Of a stretch of 55,629 nucleotides of DNA, positions 8,547-14,994 are shown in pieces. Position numbers and translations under genes: made by a program. Under the pieces are notes generated by a model. It saw only the letters and a list, made by a program, of their open reading frames with translations, did not search any database and had not been told where the DNA came from. The first letter of the stretch is position 1; each line of letters starts with the position of its first letter. The stretch is from IMG/VR virus record IMGVR_UViG_3300037247_000947, positions 1-55,629 of that record. The stretch is one strand, 5' to 3'. This DNA is from a virus (Duplodnaviria > Caudoviricetes).

Positions 8547-8613
8547 TTTACCTCACTTTCACGCTAATCATTGTTATTTAAGGCTCCCACGTCCATCCTA
8601 AGAGCCTAAAAAA

Positions 8614-8796
8614 TTATTTAAGGGGCAAAGTACTATTATCTCTGGCTTGCTCATAAGCAGCGTCTATTTTTCGGGCTTGCTCATCAGCCAGACGTTCATC
8701 GCAAAACTCTTCATGGGCTTCAACGTCAGCGATTCTTTCGTCATCATCACTACCTTGTCCCACATATTGACACCAATTACATATTATAGTTGGCAT
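8614..8796 (-). CDS. Small zinc-binding hypothetical protein
   Basis: CNWC...H...C; AGGAG RBS. Confidence 0.55.
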   Translation of the reverse strand: MPTIICNWCQYVGQGSDDDERIADVEAHEEFCDERLADEQARKIDAAYEQARDNSTLPLK

Positions 8797-9139
8797 TTTG
8801 TCTCTCCTGTATTTTTTGATTATCTGGCAAACTGCACAATTTCACATCCCCACCGCAAATAGCCACAAAGTAACCTTTGGCGATTTTGCAGTCATATTCT
8901 GTGATTAGCTTACCGTTTCCATCTGGTTCCAGTGGTGGTTCGCCCCAAGTCCACTCTTCATAGTATTCGCATCTTTTTTCCGGCCTTTCAGTCTTTGGCC
9001 TTCTCAAATAACTATCCCGTCTCTTGTCGTGTCGATTGATAACATTATTACGACTACATTCCCTACACGCTCCGGTATGTCCTTCGATATACATTCTGCA
9101 AGTTTCCCACCAGCAACATTCACGCGGATTGACTTCCAT
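8777..9139 (-). CDS. Cys-rich hypothetical protein
   Basis: GAAAGGA RBS; multiple Cys. Confidence 0.55.
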   Translation of the reverse strand: MEVNPRECCWWETCRMYIEGHTGACRECSRNNVINRHDKRRDSYLRRPKTERPEKRCEYYEEWTWGEPPLEPDGNGKLITEYDCKIAKGYFVAICGGDVKLCSLPDNQKIQERQNANYNM

Positions 9140-9280
9140 CTTATTTCCTTTCAGCCTTGCTCTGTTCCTTCACAATCGAATAACAGGCAAAGTACCATAA
9201 CATCGTCTTTACTATGCCAACTATAAAGTTAAAATCCATAGGGCTGACCTCACTTTACACTGTGAGGCCGCCCTGCAAAT

Positions 9281-9769
9281 TTAGAATTTTGCTCGATAAC
9301 TTATTGCCTCTGCAACGTGTTCTGGCTTAATTTCTGTACTATCAAGTTTTGCTACGGCTTCTGCTATTTCAATTATTGTAACAAGTTCGCCGAGAGAAAA
9401 CTTTAGTTCTTGTTGGGCGTGCTTTAGCAGCTGTTGGCATGAGCTATCAAGGTCTTTATATTTAATATCTCTCTTACTGAATTGACCATCCACCCAGATA
9501 CAATCCTTGTGAACCTGTCGCAAATGGTTCTGATGATTCTCAATAGAAGATACCTCACAAGTGCATTTTCTAATCCGGCTGCCAAAAAAATTACAAGGAC
9601 AAGGTGAAACAAGTTGAACTACCTGGTTGCTCTTGCCAGTAAATTTCGTAAACAAAGGGTCGCTGGCTATCACAACCAGAGTCTTTTTTGCGACTTGTGC
9701 TACGTCTTGTGCGCGTTGTACCCCCGCAGGTAAGCTAATACTTATATACTTGTTTTCGAAAAGCGTCAT
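9281..9769 (-). CDS. Stand-alone C-terminal fragment of ComM/YifB (Mg-chelatase-like AAA+)
   Basis: PCPCNFFGS..KCTC zinc motif and IAEAVAKLD..IKPEHVAEAISYR lid; no Walker A/B. Confidence 0.8.
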   Translation of the reverse strand: MTLFENKYISISLPAGVQRAQDVAQVAKKTLVVIASDPLFTKFTGKSNQVVQLVSPCPCNFFGSRIRKCTCEVSSIENHQNHLRQVHKDCIWVDGQFSKRDIKYKDLDSSCQQLLKHAQQELKFSLGELVTIIEIAEAVAKLDSTEIKPEHVAEAISYRAKF

Positions 9770-9879
9770 TTTCAGTCTCCTATTCTGTTTGTCATTTTAG
9801 TTTCACAAAGGCCGTCCCGCAGTAGCTATCTCCGGCAAGAGCTATATTGACGGCCACTAATACAGATAAGACTCAAATC

Positions 9880-10242
9880 TTAACTTGCTTTCTTAAATGC
9901 GAATCCAGCATAACCGTTTTTCTCACATTCATCCTTGATCGACATAAGCCAATCTCTTAACTCTTGCGGAGCTGGTTGTATCTCTACCTGACATTCGACT
10001 AGCAACACTTGTTCGTGTTCGTCAATAGTTAATATCTTGCCATTTTTTCGGCAAATATCACATTTTGCCCCGCGCTTCTCTGCTTCTCGAATTGCGTCCC
10101 TTGTTAATATTCCGCCGTTGTGGTCAGCAGCATAGACCACATGGCGCAGCGTGATACAATAGGGATGTGGTATTCCGATTGTATCAATAATTGTGAAATT
10201 GCCATCTTTACTTACTCCATACTCGCCTTTTACATCTGACAT
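9880..10242 (-). CDS. Hypothetical phage protein
   Basis: GAAAGGA RBS; IGIPHPYCIT...CDIC motif. Confidence 0.65.
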   Translation of the reverse strand: MSDVKGEYGVSKDGNFTIIDTIGIPHPYCITLRHVVYAADHNGGILTRDAIREAEKRGAKCDICRKNGKILTIDEHEQVLLVECQVEIQPAPQELRDWLMSIKDECEKNGYAGFAFKKAS

Positions 10243-10309
10243 AATACACCTGTTTCCTTTCTGTGTCTTATCTGTATGTAATTTCAAAAGAACAATTATA
10301 TCGGCCTTA

Positions 10310-10549
10310 TCAGCCGACAAGTTTTCTAATCAATTCTACTGCATCTTTGCCAAACTTGCGATCTATTGCCTGATAGGTACTTTCATTCTTTTCTGGAGCT
10401 ATCCACTCATCAAATGCAACAACGTCAAATCCTAATGCAACATTAGGGAAAAATGTAAACAGCCGAACGCCGAACATCCTGATAAACGGCATATTGTAGG
10501 TAAGCTGTTTATTTCGTTCTTTTAGAAAATAGTCCTGCATCGTTTCCAT
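10310..10549 (-). CDS. Hypothetical early protein
   Basis: GGAG RBS; in early operon. Confidence 0.6.
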   Translation of the reverse strand: METMQDYFLKERNKQLTYNMPFIRMFGVRLFTFFPNVALGFDVVAFDEWIAPEKNESTYQAIDRKFGKDAVELIRKLVG

Positions 10550-10592
10550 TTTGCTTTACTCCAGTTTATCGGCATAAACTACGACCGACAGT

Positions 10593-10757
10593 TTAGTCTT
10601 TTATCATAATCTCGGCTGCGAACATATCGAGTAACGTCTGTTCCAGCTTGTCGACCATTATGTCCATAACCTTTTGTGCTTGTTCTTGTGTAAGCGCATC
10701 TGTTTCAACTTCTTGGATCGGCCAACCTTCAATGAGTTCTATCTTAATACTTGCCAT
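10593..10757 (-). CDS. Hypothetical early protein
   Basis: ATG 10757 preceded by leader TTTGACGGGAGTAAATCA. Confidence 0.6.
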   Translation of the reverse strand: MASIKIELIEGWPIQEVETDALTQEQAQKVMDIMVDKLEQTLLDMFAAEIMIKD

Positions 10758-10758
10758 T

Positions 10759-10943
10759 TGATTTACTCCCGTCAAATACCTCAGTCAATATATTCCCATT
10801 TTACTGTTTGCTTGAAAGCTGCCATCTCGGCTTCTTCTTCACTGTCAAAAAACTGGGACACTTCGCCCTTATTATTCCGAAGATAATACCGACCGTCCCT
10901 TACTTGTGCAATTTCATAATACATCTGATTTACTCCCGTCAAA
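10759..10943 (-). repeat. 18-bp direct repeat forming identical leaders of the first two early genes
   Basis: TGATTTACTCCCGTCAAA at 10759-10776 and 10926-10943. Confidence 0.85.
10781..10924 (-). CDS. 47-aa first early protein (not in ORF track)
   Basis: MYYEIAQVRDGRYYLRNNKGEVSQFFDSEEEAEMAAFKQTVKWEYID, with the same leader as the next gene. Confidence 0.6.
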   Translation of the reverse strand: MYYEIAQVRDGRYYLRNNKGEVSQFFDSEEEAEMAAFKQTVKWEYID

Positions 10944-10974
10944 AAACATTTGATTTACTTTATCCGTCTATAAG

Positions 10975-11002
10975 GTTATAGTCAAAAACCCTCAAAAGTC
11001 AA
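10975..11002 (-). promoter_or_regulatory. Sigma70-type early promoter
   Basis: TTGACT-16 nt-TATAAC with AT-rich upstream element. Confidence 0.65.
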
Positions 11003-11321
11003 GTGATAAAATCATTTTGTTGTGAAAATAATACCTCACGCACTTGAATTGATGAAAATAGTTTAGACCGATAGACTATGGACACTTGGTAAGTAGGACT
11101 AAAGAGAAGGATAGCCTGAAAAATGATAAGAAAAGTATCTGCCAAGCGTAGGTAGTCTGGAACTTAGATAGGATAGATAGTGGTTTTATGCGTAGAATTG
11201 CCGTTAGTCCCTTAGATTGGACGTGCGGGGCTGGAATGACCATTGTGTATGGTAGTTGATGTGGCGTTGTAAAGTGATAATAACGATGGATTGTGATATG
11301 ATTGTCAAATAGGATAGTAAA

Positions 11322-11549
11322 TCAATTAAGCCGTGATTGTTCAAGTATTGCGATCTCGCGTTTAGCATAGGCCCGTGCCTTGCTCAACTCCCTTTGATAA
11401 CCTTGTAGCTCCTCTCCTTGCTCTCGTAGTGATACATCGACGGCCTTCCAGTATGATAGACCACGACCAGGTTGGCGCTGGCGTTGTTGTTGTGCATAGT
11501 ATAACATCTGTTTAATCATGTTGTCATTGATATTGATAACGATTCTCAT
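11322..11549 (-). CDS. Hypothetical protein
   Basis: AGGAG RBS. Confidence 0.45.
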   Translation of the reverse strand: MRIVININDNMIKQMLYYAQQQRQRQPGRGLSYWKAVDVSLREQGEELQGYQRELSKARAYAKREIAILEQSRLN

Positions 11550-11722
11550 TATCTATTCTCCTATTCTGGATATAGTCTATCCATAATGTCTGGTTAGTTC
11601 CCGATATTCTGGATACAGTATGTCTGGTATTATATACGAAGGTCGGTAGGGCGCCTTCGGACGGGGGATAGCTTGCTGTGGTACCATTGTATGGCTGAGA
11701 CTATCGAAGCTGTTTTTACCTT

Positions 11723-11926
11723 TTAGTCCTCTGTACAAGGTTTCCACGTTTTAGCTGTACTGCCAAACAGGAGTTTCGTAGCTTTCCTCTCCTTGGCTGT
11801 TAGTGCATGTCTCTTGGTATAGCCACATTCCCCACAGGTAAGTTCCATTCTGTCATAGAGACAGTCAAGAAGGGCTGATTTGAATATATGGCCTTTGTCA
11901 ATACACTTGCCATAGTCTTTAGTCAT
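11723..11926 (-). CDS. Hypothetical zinc-binding protein
   Basis: C...H...CGECG; coupled to upstream gene. Confidence 0.55.
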   Translation of the reverse strand: MTKDYGKCIDKGHIFKSALLDCLYDRMELTCGECGYTKRHALTAKERKATKLLFGSTAKTWKPCTED

Positions 11927-12284
11927 CTGACTTTCCTTTCAAAACTTGTTCAATGACCCGAAGCGCATAATCCCTTGTTTCTCCACAATCATTTATTGCT
12001 TCCCCGGCTCTACATTCAGGGCACTTTTTGTGAGGCGGATTCAAGTCACAATCACCGGTGCAATTATCCTGGTCGGCAAGAACCCATAGTCGTTCATAAT
12101 CCTTATATCTTTCTTCAACGTCTGGCTGTTTTTCGAGAATGGCAATAGCTTCACCTACCAACTTAAACATATCTTGCATAATCCATTTGTAAGTTTGATT
12201 TGCATCTATTGAATCATAATGTTTAATGCGAGCATCTTTGGCTGAGTCCTCTGCTTCTTTCAATTTATCTATCGCTTCTGACAT
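11919..12284 (-). CDS. Hypothetical protein
   Basis: GAAAGGA RBS; CTGDC...CPEC. Confidence 0.6.
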   Translation of the reverse strand: MSEAIDKLKEAEDSAKDARIKHYDSIDANQTYKWIMQDMFKLVGEAIAILEKQPDVEERYKDYERLWVLADQDNCTGDCDLNPPHKKCPECRAGEAINDCGETRDYALRVIEQVLKGKSDD

Positions 12285-12483
12285 CTTTCTTTCCTTTCTG
12301 TATCTGCTCGTGAAGTTTAGGCGAAACGGCAATGTAGTACTGATTGTCCGCAAGAGATTCATCGAGTCTTACTTCAATACCGGTGAAGCGAGTAACAAAA
12401 TCCTTTTGCCAAATATCATTCATTTTAGCAAGGCTTTCGATATTAAGCTCTTCCTCATCAGCAAAGACTGTATATATTGTCAT
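12265..12483 (-). CDS. Hypothetical protein
   Basis: Coupled ORF in minus-strand array. Confidence 0.5.
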   Translation of the reverse strand: MTIYTVFADEEELNIESLAKMNDIWQKDFVTRFTGIEVRLDESLADNQYYIAVSPKLHEQIQKGKKDVRSDR

Positions 12484-12713
12484 GGATTGTCTTTCTCAGT
12501 CTTCAGTACGTGGTCGAAGACTTTCTTTCGGCAATGTTCACAGATACAATAAACACCGATACAATGCCAAACTGGTGTCTCACGGCCACAATAATCACAT
12601 GGTGGAGTGTCTTTGTGAGTTATGCTTGTCGGGGGACTGTTGAAGAGCCATTTTAGGTTTTTCCATATCTTCATACCAAATTTCCTTTCATCCAAGGTTC
12701 CATCATACTGCAC
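12480..12713 (-). CDS. Zinc-finger hypothetical protein
   Basis: CDYC...CEHC. Confidence 0.55.
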   Translation of the reverse strand: MQYDGTLDERKFGMKIWKNLKWLFNSPPTSITHKDTPPCDYCGRETPVWHCIGVYCICEHCRKKVFDHVLKTEKDNP

Positions 12714-12733
12714 GAATAAGGTGTTACGTATTT

Positions 12734-12996
12734 TGTGAACCGAAACTACTTAACTTATTCTTTCTCTTACCTGACAACGACAGTCCCTATAGTCTATACT
12801 GTTTTCATATCTAACTGGATACGGAAACCATGACTTTCTAAGTCTTAACAGCTCATCTGGCTTGAAATATAATATTGCTGTGTAGAAACCATTAGCTAAG
12901 ACAAGACATTTCCATGCTTGATATTCAGAAACGTCTTCGTCTTCCAGTCTTAGCTTGTCAATATCACCTGCTGTTATCATATGTGAACCGAAACTA
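12734..12996. repeat. 15-bp direct repeat flanking one gene
   Basis: TGTGAACCGAAACTA at 12734-12748 and 12982-12996. Confidence 0.8.
12750..12980 (-). CDS. Hypothetical protein between direct repeats
   Basis: ORF fills the repeat-bounded interval almost exactly. Confidence 0.5.
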   Translation of the reverse strand: MITAGDIDKLRLEDEDVSEYQAWKCLVLANGFYTAILYFKPDELLRLRKSWFPYPVRYENSIDYRDCRCQVRERIS

Positions 12997-13000
12997 AAAA

Positions 13001-13151
13001 AGACTGACAGGCAGGATTCCCCACCCTGCACCACTGGGACAACCTTGATAGATTGCTCTGGATATTGCTGGTAGGCTCACCACTATCTTCACCCATTAGC
13101 CATCACAGCTAACATATCCCTTACCCGACGCCACCACGCCGCTGCCAGTCT
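13001..13151 (-). ncRNA. tRNA-like structured RNA (~150 nt)
   Basis: Closing stem AGACTGGCAG/CTGTCAGTCT plus T-tract; T-arm-like GCAGG...AATCCTGC; internal helices GGATAT/ATATCC and TTAGC/GCTAA. Confidence 0.6.
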
Positions 13152-13194
13152 TAAGTTCTTAGCCTTTCAATTCTTTACCCACCCTGCCACCCGT

Positions 13195-13260
13195 TTACAC
13201 GCTTAATGGACATGTTTCGCCTGGTACATGAACTTGTCCACATTTTCCACATGCCGTCAT
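13195..13260 (-). CDS. 21-aa zinc-knuckle microprotein
   Basis: MTACGKCGQVHVPGETCPLSV behind a near-perfect SD AGAAAGGAGGTGA. Confidence 0.6.
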   Translation of the reverse strand: MTACGKCGQVHVPGETCPLSV

Positions 13261-13292
13261 AGGGCATCACCTCCTTTCTAATCTAAATAGAC

Positions 13293-13520
13293 TTAACGGT
13301 CTCGAATAGGATTGGAGCCTCTCTTGTGCTCTCCACACCAGTCATCACTAAAAACTACGGGATAGCCTTTCATCGTAGGAGCTTGACGACGGCAACGACC
13401 TTCTTCAGCACCTACTGATGTTGCAGGAGGTACGTCGGCACCGGAGGAATGTTCTATCTTAGGTACATAGAACATACATGAGGAACATCCGAAGTCTGTT
13501 TTTCTGTCCCATCTATCCAT
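13293..13520 (-). CDS. Cys-rich small phage protein
   Basis: CSSCMFY...GRCRR..P...YP....DWCGEH. Confidence 0.65.
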   Translation of the reverse strand: MDRWDRKTDFGCSSCMFYVPKIEHSSGADVPPATSVGAEEGRCRRQAPTMKGYPVVFSDDWCGEHKRGSNPIRDR

Positions 13521-13758
13521 CTTTGCTTTCCTTTCCTGAGTTTTGAAATCCTATCTTGCCATTTTCAACTGCCGGAGCAATCTCAAAGTCACTCATGTTT
13601 GTCGTATTTGACACACCGCCATCAAAATAACAGATAGTATAATAATGTCCTTGTAGTGAGTCTGTGATAGAGACTATCTGGCCAAGAAAGAGAGGATTTA
13701 TAACTGAGGTTACTTTGTCTCCAATGCTAAACTTACTCACTTTTTCTTCCCCTGACAT
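13513..13758 (-). CDS. Small SH3-like/YorP-like protein
   Basis: KFSIGDKV...G.IVSI beta pattern. Confidence 0.5.
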   Translation of the reverse strand: MSGEEKVSKFSIGDKVTSVINPLFLGQIVSITDSLQGHYYTICYFDGGVSNTTNMSDFEIAPAVENGKIGFQNSGKESKDG

Positions 13759-13809
13759 TTACGACGGCCACCTCGATGTTTGGGATAGCCACTCTTCTTT
13801 GTTTGTCCC

Positions 13810-14106
13810 TTAGCCATTCTCAGTCTTCCTTTCGGGCCACTGCTGTCCTTCCGCGTAGCGATAACTCTCCATCCATTGCTGTTGAGCGGCTACTGTTAGT
13901 CCTTCAATATCAATTGGTATGACAAGGTGAGCTATACCATTGTCATCGAAAACATAGAAGCCGTATGTTGTAGAATCAGCAGAACTAGAAGAGACAGTAT
14001 CACAGGCTATTTCTAATTCTTGTCCTGCCTTTGGCTTGGGCAGTAACAAAGCAAGGGGGGCAATCAAGAGGGACTTTAGAATATTTCTACGACTTGTCTT
14101 CATCAT
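13810..14106 (-). CDS. Protein with twin-arginine-like signal peptide
   Basis: SRRNILK followed by a hydrophobic stretch. Confidence 0.55.
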   Translation of the reverse strand: MMKTSRRNILKSLLIAPLALLLPKPKAGQELEIACDTVSSSSADSTTYGFYVFDDNGIAHLVIPIDIEGLTVAAQQQWMESYRYAEGQQWPERKTENG

Positions 14107-14125
14107 TCCAGTTTTCCTTCCAACC

Positions 14126-14338
14126 CTACTGCTGTGTTATCCAATGTCTAAGCCTGTCCTTGAGTAGTAAGTTTATCTCTTCATCTCCTCTAAGCAACTC
14201 CTCAGCCCTGTCTTTGAGAACCAGCTTGACCTCAGTCTCGATACCATGACCAAGTTGTGCAACAATAACATCCTTTGCCGCCTCCTTAATTATATTATCG
14301 AAGGCTTCCTTTGTTAGTCTTTCAATATCAATATTCAT
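14126..14338 (-). CDS. Hypothetical protein
   Basis: GAAAGGA RBS. Confidence 0.55.
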   Translation of the reverse strand: MNIDIERLTKEAFDNIIKEAAKDVIVAQLGHGIETEVKLVLKDRAEELLRGDEEINLLLKDRLRHWITQQ

Positions 14339-14408
14339 GGCAACTTTCCTTTCAATTTCCCAAACAGACTAAATTTCCTATATAGGATATTACCGATATT
14401 CAGGAAAG

Positions 14409-14591
14409 TCAAGCACTTTCTCCACTATTTTTGATAATTTCAGCAATTTTCTCCTGCAATTCCTTATTCCTCCCTCTCAGATGGTCTTTTTGCGCTTCCG
14501 AGATTGTCAGAAGTTTGTCCAATCTCGCATTCTTAGTCTCCAAGACCTCGATATACTCCCTGTCCGGCAGATCTCTTCTCAGACTATCCAT
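14409..14591 (-). CDS. Coiled-coil hypothetical protein
   Basis: Start MDSLRR overlaps stop of a 53-aa ORF at 14584-14745. Confidence 0.5.
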   Translation of the reverse strand: MDSLRRDLPDREYIEVLETKNARLDKLLTISEAQKDHLRGRNKELQEKIAEIIKNSGESA

Positions 14592-14757
14592 GATGTGGCC
14601 CAAAGTATTTCGCAACCATTGTTTCAGCCCTTTTCCTTCCCTCCTCCACCTTCTTCTTCCTCTTGCCCTTCTTATCAAGATAAACATCCTTGAGAAGGCC
14701 ATCCTTTCCATCATCATTACTCATATCCCTTATAGTAGTAGTCATAACACAGTCTCC

Positions 14758-14994
14758 TTAGTTTGTCAAGAGATAAACGATAAAAATTACAAGAAGGGAG
14801 GTGGCAAAACCAATCGCCCACTTCTTCCAGCTCTGGAGACTTTTAATCCTCTCGTCATGGCGGGCAACATGTTCTACAAGGCCCGTACCGCCGTTACCTT
14901 CAAGGATGCGAAATATCTTGGCAGTATGGTTTTCGATTCGGTCAAGCTGTGGCTGACATACCTTTGAATATTGTTCTGACTCATCCATTGGCAT
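14758..14994 (-). CDS. Holin-like (XhlA-like) membrane protein
   Basis: Coiled coil, GNGGTGL, single C-terminal TM; follows virion genes. Confidence 0.5.
   Translation of the reverse strand: MPMDESEQYSKVCQPQLDRIENHTAKIFRILEGNGGTGLVEHVARHDERIKSLQSWKKWAIGFATSLLVIFIVYLLTN

Noticed and set aside
9240-9856. Hairpins at ~9241-9273 and ~9810-9855 as further ncRNA family members
   Set aside because: Simple stem-loops without the shared end motifs; more likely terminators or processing sites flanking the ComM-like gene.
13001-13151. Canonical tRNA or tmRNA
   Set aside because: No anticodon arm, TTC T-loop, CCA or tag reading frame; wrong length.
14409-14717. Arg-rich 102-aa ORF as listed in the track
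   Set aside because: Its 5' part overlaps a better ORF (14584-14745) with an AAGGAG RBS; the true start is probably 14591.
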